Notes under the pieces: generated by a model | The model's database searches: none | The model's input: only the letters and a program-made list of their open reading frames with translations | Told to the model about the DNA's origin: nothing | Shown: piece after piece, positions 30,210 to 40,457 of the stretch | Layout of the letters: each line of letters opens with the position of its first letter | How positions within the stretch are numbered: the stretch's first letter is position 1 | Program-made: the position numbers and the translations under genes | From: Longimicrobiales bacterium | Lineage (GTDB): Bacteria; Gemmatimonadota; Gemmatimonadetes; Longimicrobiales; Gaopeijiaceae | Assembly (NCBI GenBank): GCA_965248195.1 | Contig: CBDFIQ010000002.1 | Span: forward strand, 2,848,001 to 2,912,000 | Reading direction: 5' to 3' | Length of the DNA stretch: 64,000 nt

Positions 30210-31457
30210 TCAATCCGGCTTGGATTCGCCGCCCGCGGTGGGTGCTTGCGTACGTAAATACCTCGTCAACGTCAGGTACTCTCGGCTGTCGATGTCCATG
30301 ATTGCGAGCGCCATCTGATAGCCCCCATCCTCTTTGTCATACACACGAACGACTCGGCCGTACGCCTTGACTTCCTGACTATGGCCCGGGAGGTCCAGGG
30401 CGAATTCGACCATCGAGTTCAATGAGAGCGACTCTTTCGCCTTGATACGCAGGCCCCGCTCACTGATGTCCAGCGTTGAAAACGGCAGGCTCTCGTCCTT
30501 CAGGGCGCGGATCTCCCCTTTCAGCTCGACTCGAACCCTCCGGAGGGCGCGGCGATTGGCGCCGTAGACTTGGGCCTGGTTTTTCCCCTTGGCCTTAGCG
30601 GTATACATGGCCCGGTCGGCACAGCGAATAAGAGCCTCGGGCGCCGCAGCGTCCACCGGGTAGGACGCGACCCCCAGACTCATGGTCACCCCGTTCTCCG
30701 ATCGTGACGGAGACAACTCCAGCTCGGCGACCGTGCGGCACACCCGATCTGCGACCCGCCCCGCGTCTTCCTTCGACGTTTCGGGCATGATGAGCACGAA
30801 CTCCTCACCCCCGTACCGCACTGCGACATCCTGGTCTCTTCCGGCCTCCTGGAGAGCTTTACTCACCGCCTGTAAGGCTTCATTACCGGCGTCGTGACCG
30901 AATCGATCGTTGTAGGATTTGAAGTTGTCGAGGTCGCCCATTGCGATTGAAAACTCTCCGGCGCTCCTCTCGCAGCGCTTCACCTCCCACCGGAGGAACT
31001 CCTGGAAGAACCTGAAGTTGTGGAGACCCGTGAGCTCGTCCTTGTACGCAGAGGCGCGAGTCTCTTCAAAGAGCTTGAGCTCGATCACCTTCGGATGCTT
31101 CAGCTTGCGGCTCACCTGGACGAAGTAGCTTACCAGCCCGACTGACAAATCCACCTCGTAGCCCACCGCATCCTCGAGTTCTTTGCGGTGGCGGATCACC
31201 GCAGTCCAGTGTTTCCGGGCCTTTTCCGGCTCGAAACGCATGTGGGTGAGCAGGTAGAGTAATTCGACATACACGACCGGGCCCTCCTGCTCCTCCAACT
31301 CCCGGAGGGCCGCCACGAGAGGCTCGACGCCGAGGTCGTCTCGATACAGAAGACCATAGATGACTTCGACGATCTCCGGCTTCCAAGGCTCGGGGCCGCT
31401 GTCCTCATACACCTGATCCCCGTTTGATCCTGCCACGGCGTCGTCGCTAGAAGACAT
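30210..31457 (-). CDS. Diguanylate cyclase with C-terminal PilZ domain
   Basis: DELTGLHN, DLDNFKSYND, RDQD I-site, RYGGEEF; PilZ RRALRR and DISERG. Confidence 0.88.
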   Translation of the reverse strand: MSSSDDAVAGSNGDQVYEDSGPEPWKPEIVEVIYGLLYRDDLGVEPLVAALRELEEQEGPVVYVELLYLLTHMRFEPEKARKHWTAVIRHRKELEDAVGYEVDLSVGLVSYFVQVSRKLKHPKVIELKLFEETRASAYKDELTGLHNFRFFQEFLRWEVKRCERSAGEFSIAMGDLDNFKSYNDRFGHDAGNEALQAVSKALQEAGRDQDVAVRYGGEEFVLIMPETSKEDAGRVADRVCRTVAELELSPSRSENGVTMSLGVASYPVDAAAPEALIRCADRAMYTAKAKGKNQAQVYGANRRALRRVRVELKGEIRALKDESLPFSTLDISERGLRIKAKESLSLNSMVEFALDLPGHSQEVKAYGRVVRVYDKEDGGYQMALAIMDIDSREYLTLTRYLRTQAPTAGGESKPD

Positions 31458-31487
31458 CCATGACCCTCGGGCGGTGCTTATCCAGGA

Positions 31488-33539
31488 TCAACGCGCCGGA
31501 AGCTCGACTCGGCCCAAGGACTTGTCCTCGAGGAGCTGCACTCTGAAGTCGACGACGTAGGGCGCACGGGTCGCCGTATCCGCATCGAGCGGCCGAATTT
31601 CCAGGGTGTGAACCGGCCCGGCCGCCACCGGATAGGTCACGAGTGCGGTGGGGCCGAGCTCTTCTCCGTCCATGAAGACCCTCCCACCCGGTCTGGAATC
31701 GATGGAGATCGTTCCAAAGGGTGTCACCTCCGCCCTCAGAGTGAGTTGCTGGGCAGGAGACAGCGTCTGGCTGGCATCGAAGATACGGACGGTGCGGGGC
31801 GAGAACTCGGACGTGCCAAAAATCTCGATCCGGTGGGCAACCCCCTCCGAAACCACGCGACTCTCGATGGGCGCTGGGCCCAACGTTTCCCCATCGATGA
31901 CCACGATCGTCCGAGATGCGACTGATGCCGGGATCACCTGTATCGTCAATCGTCCAGGACCGCTGGGCACGACGGGTGGGGCTTCCACTCCCACCCGAAA
32001 TCCGAACGTATCGGGTAGCATGGGAAGCCCCCCCGCGTCCGTGATGCCGTCTCCCAGCACGAGTTGGTAGAGGCCGGCGGCCAAGGGCTCGGCCGGATCG
32101 ACGCGAAGCGTTCCGTCATCCTCGCCACAGCACGTGAGCCCGGATGCCACCCGGTCCCCGCTCTCAGTAATCAGTATTACGGTTGCCGCATCCAGTGTCA
32201 GCGGATTCATCGGTTTGCTGAACGTAGCAAACACCGGGCTTCCGCCGTCGGCGCCGGTCGATCCGTCGGCGGGCTCGGTGCTCGTGAGGACCGGTGGATC
32301 CGGTGGCACGGACTGTGTCGAAAAGGACAGGAGATCCTCCGGTGACCCCCTTCCCTGAGGCGGGCCGATCTCTTCCCCGGAAGAGGCCCGAAGCGCGTCG
32401 GTCAAGACGATCCGATAACGCGTCGCGTAGGCGAGCGGAGACAGGGGCGTGATGTTGACTGCCAAGGCATTCTCGGACGCGCTGACCTCGGTCGGAACGA
32501 GCGCTCCGCCCGGGCCGAGGAGCTGGACAGTCGAGCTCGTGGCCGTGGCCGGATTGATGAGCCCCGAGAATCCCACTGTGATTTCGCTATCGACGGCAGC
32601 CCCACTCTCGATCGCCCTAAAACCGGGCGACTGAGCGAAAACTCCCCGCGCGAACGCGGCGGGGAGCCCTAAATTCTGGAGAACCTGATCTACCTGCCCC
32701 TGAACTCCGCCAAGATCCATTACGACCGCGCTGACCCCAGCCACGAGGGCAAGCCCCACCGCCGTCCAACGCTCCCTCGAGCGCCGTTCGCCCGCCCTGG
32801 ACGATTTCTCGGTTTTCCTCTGCCCGCGCACAGGCGGCGGGGACGCCTCCTTGTCGGCCAGAAGCACGACATATAGCTCCATCGGATCAGGTACGCCCTT
32901 GAGGTCTTTTTCACCGATAGACGAGAACTCGAAGTGCCGTCTGTGGCGAAGCTGTTGGTACGCAGAGTCCGAGACCACAACGCCGGCCAGCGGCGCATGA
33001 CTCTCGATTCGGGAGGCGACGTTCACCCCACTCCCGTATACGTCGCCATCCTCACCGAAGACGATGTCCCCGAGATGGACCCCCACTCTCAAGGAAACAC
33101 GTGACTCCTTGACCTCTTTCAGGTCGGTGAACGTGTTCTGTAGAGCGTGAGCCGAGTTGACGGCGGCGTCCAAGCTGGTGAACTCCGCTAGCATTCCATC
33201 TCCGAGGAACTTCACAACCCGGCCGCCCTTGTCCCCCACGATCTTCTTCGAGACCCGCTGGAAGGCCTTGATCATCGAGAGTGCGAGGTCCTCATCGTGA
33301 GAAGAAAGAGCCGTATACCCTGCCACATCCGCAAAAAGGATCGCAGCGAGGCGGCGGTCATTAATGGTCTGAGCTGAAAGCCCAGGAGCTGGAACGTCAG
33401 AAGCTGAAGCATCCGGAGTGCGAGCGTCCGAAGCTAGATCGTCCGGAGCTGGAACGTCAGGAGCTGAAGCATCAAGAGTGGGATCTTCAGGGGGTTTGGT
33501 CATCGGTCGCGCTTGGTTAGAGGACACCATCGTAAACAT
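31488..33539 (-). CDS. Class III adenylate cyclase with TM helix, two bacterial Ig-like domains and PEGA-like domains
   Basis: LFADVAGYT, KFLGDG, DVYGSGVNVASRIE; TM helix; ITVGFS/ATFSKPMNP Ig patterns; SRPGGRVFMDGEELGPT. Confidence 0.8.
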   Translation of the reverse strand: MFTMVSSNQARPMTKPPEDPTLDASAPDVPAPDDLASDARTPDASASDVPAPGLSAQTINDRRLAAILFADVAGYTALSSHDEDLALSMIKAFQRVSKKIVGDKGGRVVKFLGDGMLAEFTSLDAAVNSAHALQNTFTDLKEVKESRVSLRVGVHLGDIVFGEDGDVYGSGVNVASRIESHAPLAGVVVSDSAYQQLRHRRHFEFSSIGEKDLKGVPDPMELYVVLLADKEASPPPVRGQRKTEKSSRAGERRSRERWTAVGLALVAGVSAVVMDLGGVQGQVDQVLQNLGLPAAFARGVFAQSPGFRAIESGAAVDSEITVGFSGLINPATATSSTVQLLGPGGALVPTEVSASENALAVNITPLSPLAYATRYRIVLTDALRASSGEEIGPPQGRGSPEDLLSFSTQSVPPDPPVLTSTEPADGSTGADGGSPVFATFSKPMNPLTLDAATVILITESGDRVASGLTCCGEDDGTLRVDPAEPLAAGLYQLVLGDGITDAGGLPMLPDTFGFRVGVEAPPVVPSGPGRLTIQVIPASVASRTIVVIDGETLGPAPIESRVVSEGVAHRIEIFGTSEFSPRTVRIFDASQTLSPAQQLTLRAEVTPFGTISIDSRPGGRVFMDGEELGPTALVTYPVAAGPVHTLEIRPLDADTATRAPYVVDFRVQLLEDKSLGRVELPAR
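33385..33473 (-). repeat. 29-bp direct repeat (60-bp period) in the cyclase N-terminal low-complexity tail
   Basis: ggagctggaacgtcag(a/g)agctgaagcatc at 33385 and 33445. Confidence 0.8.
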
Positions 33540-33586
33540 GTGGCGTCTCTAGCGGCCGGGGCAAGCTTCGTCGCACGTAGACGATT

Positions 33587-36500
33587 CTATCGAATCCTTC
33601 GGATACTCCCGAACACCTCCATCACCTGTGGGTCGAAGAGGGTGATGCCGTACAGCTCTTCCACCCGTTCTACCTCGGCGGCGATGTCGAAGAGCGGGTC
33701 GAGTTCGAGGATTCCCCGGTAGATCGACTCGGCTTCCTCGCTGCGTCCGGCGCTCTGGTAGGCTCCAGCGAGTAAACCCCTTGAGATGGTTTCCTGCTCA
33801 GGGCTCAGCCCCCCCAACTCGAGGGTTTGCTCAAAAAAGCCGATCAATTGCACGAAGTTCGCCTCGTTCCAGTACTGGAACCCCTCTCCGAGCCTCGCCC
33901 GTGTTTCCTCACGGGGCGTAAACACGGCGATCGAGTCCTCGTACGCCAGCCGGAGCTCTTCGACCTCGCTCGGAAGTTCAGCCGCATAATCCCTCAGGAA
34001 GGCCAGTCCGGCCAAATGCCCCTCGGTATCGCTGTCCTGGAGCGCCCTGAAGATGTCGAGCGTAAGGAGAACTATCGCGGAGTCCGCGTAGAACTCCGGC
34101 CCGGGGGCCGTGTTCAGCAGTTCCATGAAGTTGGCGAGAACCTGAACACCTTCGCCCTGCGATGCCCTGAAGCGACTCAGCGTCTCGAAGTACACCCGCC
34201 TACGGTCGCCGGCCACGTACGGAGCGAACTCACCAGCCCACAACTCCATGAGGTCGGCGTCTGCCACGGCCAGGGACGCCTGGAACGCCACCCAGTACAG
34301 GTCTGGCCGGTCGTCATCGTAGGCGGCGATCGTTCCGGCTCGGTCCGCCTCGAGCACCGCCTCCGCGATAAGGAGCGCACGCCCCGGATTGTCCAAGGCG
34401 AGGTGCCCCGCAGCCAACCGTGCGAAAAATTGGAATTCCCGATCGGGCTCGATCCGGCCCTGCAGCTCTTCACCGAAGGTTACGACGTCTTCAAACGTCC
34501 CGGCCTCGAACGCCGCGGCAAAAGCCAACTGTAGTACCTCGACCCCAGCTTCCTCCGACCGGTCTCTCAGCGGCATGACCTGGAGGGCTCGGCGGGCGTT
34601 CGCTAGAGCCGGACCGTACTGTTTCAGGTTCACGTGCGCCATCGTCAAGAGGCGGTGGAGCTCGTACCCGCGGTCCTCGCCCTCCCAGCCCTCTAGCGCT
34701 TTCTCCCGGGCAGCGGCCTCGCCGTACCTCCCCAACTGGAATTCCGTTGAGAACCCGTACCATTCGACCTCTAGTGCAACGTCCGGCGCCAGGCTCAAGA
34801 CTCCTTGATCGGTCAAAGACTCCGCCCTGGTCACTGCGTCCAAAACTTCAGCGTGCGCGTCTCGAGCCGCGGCTTCCCGGGCCACCCAATGGGCCACCGG
34901 GATAGGTTGATCCGAGGAACTCGCCGTACCCGCAATGCTCACAGGATCCACGCGAAGCCATCGATACTCGAAATCCTCGTCCAAGGTGAGATCGAAGGCC
35001 CTCCCCGTCGTTGTGGCCAGTTGTGTAAACGGGCCTTGGCGAGACGTGGCACCCGAGAGTTTGTATCCCCAAAGGTATTCTGAATCGACGGGACCCCAGG
35101 AAAGGGCCGCAGCATCGGCGGACAGCATGACCCGCAGCGTCTCCAACTCGGGCAAGCGCGCGTCCCACCTGTAAACCAGGGTTCGCCCATCCTCCAAGTT
35201 GGCGAGGTAGATGTTGCCCAGGGCATCCAGTGAAAGATGCGTGGCCGCGAACCTCGAGTCGCGTCCCCCCAGCCTGACGAGAACCCGTTCCAGACTGGAA
35301 CCCACGACCGTCACGCGGCTGGTCCCCTGCTCGAGGACGAACAGATTCCCCTGGGCATCGAACTTGATGTCCTGCACGGGGCCCGTCAGAAGCTCGGCGG
35401 CCACCGTTTGATGAGGAGCGCCATCGAGCGGGATACGTACGAGCGACAATCCCCCCTCGGCCCAAGCGAACAATTCATCGTCCGGAGAAAGGGCCACACC
35501 CCACGCTTCCGGAAGTGGGAAAGAAGCCAGAAGCGATGTCAGGTCCGCGCTGAATACGGTGACCCGATGGTTATCCCGATCCGCTACCGCGAGACTCCCG
35601 TCGGAGAAAAGCGCTACCCCCACCGGCTTGCTGAGCCGCCGGTCGTCGTCGTAATCGCCGCCGAACGTTCCTTGAGAAGTCCCAGCACGGGTGTCGAATA
35701 CGGCGAAGCGATCCTCGTCCGGCTCCGTAATCACGAATACGGAGTCGTTGAACGCCGTGACGCCTGGGGTCCGCTGGAACCCCATGACCCATGCCTCGGG
35801 GCCACCCGTCTCGGGGATCAAATAGGACTCGAACACGTCACCGAACAGATCCTCGTAGCGCTCGGATGTGACGCGCTCCACCCGGAGCGCTCGACCCTGG
35901 CGCGAGGCGATGACGAAACGGGCCGTACCATCCTCCACTGGTCCTACCCCTATGACCGCACCCACCGGATCGGGTGGCAGTTGGCTCACCCGGATCGGGT
36001 AGACCCACGCCAGCGCGGACGCATCCCTACCCTCGGTGAGCTCAATGCGCTCCACCTTTCGAAGGTCACGATCCAACACGACGAGATGCCGTTCGGGGGT
36101 AAACGCCAGCCCCACCGGCTCACGGAAGGACCCCCTGCCTCGGCCGACACCCCCATAGAGGGCGCGGGGCTGCGTCAAGGCCGCCGGATCGAGCCGGTTT
36201 CCGCCCCAGATACTGCCCTGCCGGCCGTCCAAGACCACGGCCGTACCGAATCCATCCACCGCGATGGCCGCCGCCTCTTCCACCGCTCCCAACGACAACG
36301 ACTTGGGCGCACTCGCACCCTGCCAGACCACGTCCGAAAAAGCGGGCAACATAAGGACCGGCGCCCCCCCGGCCTTGTCTGCGACCAAAATCCGACCGTC
36401 TCCACCGACCGCGATCCCGATTGGATCCCCGATCGCCGGCGCCAAGCCCACCAGGCGTACGAACGCACCGTCTCGGGAAAACACGCTGACCGAGGGGTCA

Positions 36501-36967
36501 CCCTTGTCGAGGACATAGACGAACCCACGCGGACCGAGCGCCAGCGCCACCGGATCATTCAACTGCGAGGCCCCGCGGTCGCTCCCGCCGATGACATGTT
36601 GTACTTCGCCGCTGCCACTGTAGACGAAGACCTGCTTCAACCGCTTGTCGAGGACGTAGGCGAGCCCCGACTCGTCCACCGCGACCGCCACGGGTTCGCC
36701 TAGACTCCCCGCTCCGTACGCGCGCACTGGAGTACCGGCGCGATCGAAGACCATCACCTGTCCGCGCTGGTCCACGATATGCAGCGCCCCGTCGGGCGCG
36801 ACCGCGATGGCGACGGGATCCTGGGGCGATGTGCGCCCCGCAGGCGGAAGGTCGAAAGAGCCATCACCGACATACGTCGCCCTAGCGACGATCTGGCCGG
36901 CTGCTGAGACCACATTCGCAAGCAGGAGGATGGTACAGGTAATCACCGTGCGTAAGGCTGCGGTCAT
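33587..36967 (-). CDS. Exported NHL-repeat beta-propeller, FN3-like and TPR protein
   Basis: Signal peptide; repeated P-x-A/G-I/V-A-V-x-x-x-G-x-x-Y-V-x-D units; helical TPR-like C-terminus. Confidence 0.75.
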   Translation of the reverse strand: MTAALRTVITCTILLLANVVSAAGQIVARATYVGDGSFDLPPAGRTSPQDPVAIAVAPDGALHIVDQRGQVMVFDRAGTPVRAYGAGSLGEPVAVAVDESGLAYVLDKRLKQVFVYSGSGEVQHVIGGSDRGASQLNDPVALALGPRGFVYVLDKGDPSVSVFSRDGAFVRLVGLAPAIGDPIGIAVGGDGRILVADKAGGAPVLMLPAFSDVVWQGASAPKSLSLGAVEEAAAIAVDGFGTAVVLDGRQGSIWGGNRLDPAALTQPRALYGGVGRGRGSFREPVGLAFTPERHLVVLDRDLRKVERIELTEGRDASALAWVYPIRVSQLPPDPVGAVIGVGPVEDGTARFVIASRQGRALRVERVTSERYEDLFGDVFESYLIPETGGPEAWVMGFQRTPGVTAFNDSVFVITEPDEDRFAVFDTRAGTSQGTFGGDYDDDRRLSKPVGVALFSDGSLAVADRDNHRVTVFSADLTSLLASFPLPEAWGVALSPDDELFAWAEGGLSLVRIPLDGAPHQTVAAELLTGPVQDIKFDAQGNLFVLEQGTSRVTVVGSSLERVLVRLGGRDSRFAATHLSLDALGNIYLANLEDGRTLVYRWDARLPELETLRVMLSADAAALSWGPVDSEYLWGYKLSGATSRQGPFTQLATTTGRAFDLTLDEDFEYRWLRVDPVSIAGTASSSDQPIPVAHWVAREAAARDAHAEVLDAVTRAESLTDQGVLSLAPDVALEVEWYGFSTEFQLGRYGEAAAREKALEGWEGEDRGYELHRLLTMAHVNLKQYGPALANARRALQVMPLRDRSEEAGVEVLQLAFAAAFEAGTFEDVVTFGEELQGRIEPDREFQFFARLAAGHLALDNPGRALLIAEAVLEADRAGTIAAYDDDRPDLYWVAFQASLAVADADLMELWAGEFAPYVAGDRRRVYFETLSRFRASQGEGVQVLANFMELLNTAPGPEFYADSAIVLLTLDIFRALQDSDTEGHLAGLAFLRDYAAELPSEVEELRLAYEDSIAVFTPREETRARLGEGFQYWNEANFVQLIGFFEQTLELGGLSPEQETISRGLLAGAYQSAGRSEEAESIYRGILELDPLFDIAAEVERVEELYGITLFDPQVMEVFGSIRRIR

Positions 36968-37396
36968 AACTCCCCTTGTGGCATCCAGGACGTGGTAATC
37001 CGAGTCGTGTCGGACTAGACCCGACTCTCGACCTCCTTCTCGAAGCTAAATTCTATCGAAGGAAACCGCACGAGTCTCGTGTTCGCCTCCAGATTGTGAT
37101 CTCGGGCGTTTTTCGTCCTTAGACTCCCGACAGAGGCCCGAGTTCTCTTCGCAGAGGAAAAACTATACCGCAACATTCAGGCCGTACCCGATTTCGACCA
37201 GACGCGATCGACCCGGATCAGGAAGGCTGCTGGACGAAACTCCCCGCTCTGGTGGCGCTTGCTTTCCCGGCCCAAACGCTATTTTCTAAAGCCATCGGCT
37301 TCATCGAATCGAAGCCTCGAGCCGCCGCGTCACCTTTGTTGCGTCGCCTTCAATGACATCCGAGACCACCATATTCATGAGATGCCCGTCCAAGAG

Positions 37397-37852
37397 ATGA
37401 AGAGATGCACGCGTCCCACCCCCATCCCCTTGCTCGCGGCATTCACGTTCATCATCTCTGCGTGCGGAGAACGTGGAACACCACCTTCGAGCGGGAGCGA
37501 AACTGCCACAACCGTGCCGGCGGCAGACGCTGAAGGAGCGATCGTGGAAATCGATCTCGACGAATACAATGTCCTCATGGACGCCGTCGTGCCGGCCGGT
37601 CCCGTGACGGTGATGCTGGCGAACCGGGGCTTCGAAGAACACAACCTCTTGTTCGTGGTGGTCGAATCCGACTCAACCGTCTGGGAGACCGAGCCCCGCC
37701 TGAACCCGGGGGAGAGGCGAACAGTCGATCTCGACCTCGAAGCGGGCGAATACAGGGCCGTCTGCAATTTTTCTGGGCATGAAGGCCGAGGTATGCTCGT
37801 GAATTTCGTGGTCGAGGAAAAGACTCCGAGTGGGGGCGGCTCCGACGGCTAA
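37397..37852 (+). CDS. Cupredoxin (blue copper) lipoprotein
   Basis: Lipobox ISAC; HNL plus C-x4-H-x4-M (CNFSGHEGRGM) type 1 Cu ligands. Confidence 0.8.
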   Translation: MKRCTRPTPIPLLAAFTFIISACGERGTPPSSGSETATTVPAADAEGAIVEIDLDEYNVLMDAVVPAGPVTVMLANRGFEEHNLLFVVVESDSTVWETEPRLNPGERRTVDLDLEAGEYRAVCNFSGHEGRGMLVNFVVEEKTPSGGGSDG

Positions 37853-37859
37853 AGGCGCC

Positions 37860-39362
37860 TCAGCCGTCCACCACGCGAAGAGCGCCGGCCATTTCGAGCA
37901 GGGACTCGACCATCCCTTCGTCACCATAGACGTCGGGCACGCCGGAGACGGGCAGCCCTACGGAACGCCCCGCATCGGCCGTCGTCGGTCCGACACCGAA
38001 GATCTGCACACCGTCGAGGTCCACCCCGGACGAGGCCAGTGACTTCGCCGCCGAAGGGCTGTACAGAAGCACTGCATCCACCCCCCTTTTAAACGCGTCC
38101 AACGCGGCGTCATTCGGCGGCTGGAGCAGCGTGTCATACACATGGAGGGTCTGGACTTCCAAACCCACCCGAGTCAACCCGTGGGAAACCTCCTCGACCG
38201 CGAGCGTCCCGCACGGGAAGAGTACCCGCTCGCCGCTCTTCGCCTCGACCCCGATCGCCTCCACGAGAGCTCTAGCTCGATACTCTCCCGGGATCAGGTC
38301 GGCACGGATCCCCGCACTTTTTAGGCCGGCCGCCGTCTTGGGACCGACCGCGGCGATCCGAGCCGCTCCGAAGAAGCGGGCGTCGAGTCCCTGACGCTCA
38401 AGCTGGCGGACGAGTCCCTCGACCCCGTGCATCGACGTGAACACCATCCAATCGTGGTCGGAGCGCGGCTCCGAGAGCTCCGCCTCGAGATATTCAATAC
38501 GGATCAGCGGTGAGTCGATCACCTCCGCTCCGAGCCCTCGAAGCTTCGAAATGACTTGCCTGCTCGCGAAGGAGGGCCGGGTCACGACCACTCGGCGGCC
38601 TGCCAGAGGCCCGAAGCCCACAGCCGGCTTATTGCCGTCGAGGCGGGCCAACCCGGCGCCCGGACCCACGATCAGCACCATCGGCGCTCGCAGACCCTCG
38701 TCGCGGACGATGCCCGCAATGGTGGCAAGGGTCCCCCGGACCTGACGCTCCCCAGGGAGCGTGCCCTCTTGCACGACCGCAGCGGGGGTCGCAACGCCCC
38801 GACCCGCGGCCATCAGGCCATCCGTCACCTCCTCCAACCGAGCGCCGCCCATGAGCACGACCGCGGTGTCCATTTTCGCCATCGCGGCGTACGGGAGATC
38901 GCGGGCCGGAAGGCCCTTTCCGACGCTCGGCGTCACTATACTCACCGTACTCGCGTGTCCGCGCAGCGTGAGCGGGATGCCGGCCCCAGTAGGTACCCCG
39001 GTCGCGCTGGTCACGCCTGGAACCACCTCACAGGGGATACCAGCCAGATAGCAGGCCTCGATCTCCTCCCACCCCCGGCCATAGATAAAGGGATCGCCGC
39101 CCTTCAGGCGGACCACCTCCTTACCGGCCCTGGCCCGCTCGATCAGGACCTCGTGGATCCGGTCCTGAGCCACCGTGTGCTGACCGGGCGCTTTGAAGAC
39201 ATCGATCAGCTCGGCGCCGGGCCTCGTGAGGGTCAAGAGCTCGGCACCGGCGAGCCGATCAAAAACGACCACATCGGCCCGCCCGAGAAGCTCCTGGCCG
39301 CGAACCGTGATGAGCCCCGCATCTCCGGGCCCCGCACCGACCAGCCACACCCGACCAGTCAA
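37860..39362 (-). CDS. cobA: Uroporphyrinogen-III C-methyltransferase / uroporphyrinogen-III synthase fusion (CobA-HemD)
   Basis: LVGAGPGD, RLKGGDPFIYGRG, VPGVTS; C-terminal VVVTRP, VFTS, AVGPKTA, YSPSA; TTG start overlaps the upstream stop. Confidence 0.88.
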   Translation of the reverse strand: MTGRVWLVGAGPGDAGLITVRGQELLGRADVVVFDRLAGAELLTLTRPGAELIDVFKAPGQHTVAQDRIHEVLIERARAGKEVVRLKGGDPFIYGRGWEEIEACYLAGIPCEVVPGVTSATGVPTGAGIPLTLRGHASTVSIVTPSVGKGLPARDLPYAAMAKMDTAVVLMGGARLEEVTDGLMAAGRGVATPAAVVQEGTLPGERQVRGTLATIAGIVRDEGLRAPMVLIVGPGAGLARLDGNKPAVGFGPLAGRRVVVTRPSFASRQVISKLRGLGAEVIDSPLIRIEYLEAELSEPRSDHDWMVFTSMHGVEGLVRQLERQGLDARFFGAARIAAVGPKTAAGLKSAGIRADLIPGEYRARALVEAIGVEAKSGERVLFPCGTLAVEEVSHGLTRVGLEVQTLHVYDTLLQPPNDAALDAFKRGVDAVLLYSPSAAKSLASSGVDLDGVQIFGVGPTTADAGRSVGLPVSGVPDVYGDEGMVESLLEMAGALRVVDG

Positions 39363-40120
39363 GGTACCGAGAGCGTGCCCGAATCGATCGCTTCGAGGGT
39401 GAGCGAGGCCAACTCCGGCCACTCCAATATCGGCGGAAGGATCTTCAGGGTCTGCGGAAGGACCTTGAGGCTCGCCAGCGCGCGGCCGAGCCTTGAGAAC
39501 GTTCGGTGTGCGGTCAGGGCTTTGGCAAGATCGACCAGCACATGTCGTCCGCCTCCAAGGAGCAATGGAACGGCCACGACCGGGCGATCGCCGAGTGAGC
39601 CGGCAACGTCCGAAAGGTATGGAGATTCATCGAGAAAGGCGGTGAGAATCTCCGTACACGGAAAGGTGAGCGCCAGTTCGTCCCGAACCCACCGAGCCGC
39701 ATCCCCGCTCGAACGGACTCGCGTGGTACCATGCCCCACGAGCAGGACGACTGGATTCAGTCCCCGGCGGGTCATGTCCGTCACCGCCTCGCCCACCTTG
39801 GTCGCCAAAACGCGGGGAAATGCTGGAAGTGTGCCGATCGGAGGGGCAATCACGAAAGAACGCGACGGATCCCCCTTCGCCCATTCCTCCGGCAGGCGCC
39901 GTCGTGCGTAGTACCCACCGCTCGCCATGATCGGCACCACCACGGGGTCCTCTCCCCGAGAGCTCCGGGCTGCATCCTCAAAGCTCGGTGTGCCCTTCCA
40001 AAAGGCACACCCGAAGCGAACCCCGGGCCGGGCCTCGCGCAGGGCGTCCGCGAGTTCCAGGAGCGCCCGGTTGGCCGCCGAGCCATCGCCCGCGCCGTGC
40101 GCCGCGAGAATCACGCTCAT
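39359..40120 (-). CDS. CbiX/SirB sirohydrochlorin chelatase
   Basis: Duplicated AAHG and VGHGT motifs, VVPIM, AVPLLLGGGRH; siroheme gene context. Confidence 0.75.
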   Translation of the reverse strand: MSVILAAHGAGDGSAANRALLELADALREARPGVRFGCAFWKGTPSFEDAARSSRGEDPVVVPIMASGGYYARRRLPEEWAKGDPSRSFVIAPPIGTLPAFPRVLATKVGEAVTDMTRRGLNPVVLLVGHGTTRVRSSGDAARWVRDELALTFPCTEILTAFLDESPYLSDVAGSLGDRPVVAVPLLLGGGRHVLVDLAKALTAHRTFSRLGRALASLKVLPQTLKILPPILEWPELASLTLEAIDSGTLSVP

Positions 40121-40126
40121 GGTGTG

Positions 40127-40447
40127 GAGGCCCGTTGAAGGAGTACAGTGGGCCGCGTTGCGGATGCCACGGTCCTAGCTCCTAGGCGGAGCGACGACAC
40201 CATAGCCGTAGCTATGGCTAGGAGCTCCAACAACGGGGGCACCGCACGAAGCGTGGTCGGGGCCGTGCCACCGCAACCCTTCAACGTGTAAGGTCATGTC
40301 ATTCATGTCCGTGGGCACAGGGCGGTTGTGCGATTGATCCTGCGTCTCTCCTCCTCGCCGTAGCGTTGCTACGCCTCGTCGTCGTTCCTTGTCTGAACGC
40401 GCACAAGCGCCCTGTGCGCGACCCGCTGTACTCCTTCAACGGGCCTC
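40127..40447. mobile_element. 321-bp MITE-like element
   Basis: Perfect 22-bp TIR GAGGCCCGTTGAAGGAGTACAG at 40127-40148 and 40426-40447; internal hairpins; no convincing ORF; no clear TSD. Confidence 0.65.
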
Positions 40448-40457
40448 TACGCTACGA

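Noticed and set aside
36970..37390. Possible ncRNA in the 420-bp divergent intergenic region
   Set aside because: Only weak hairpins and no recognisable family motif
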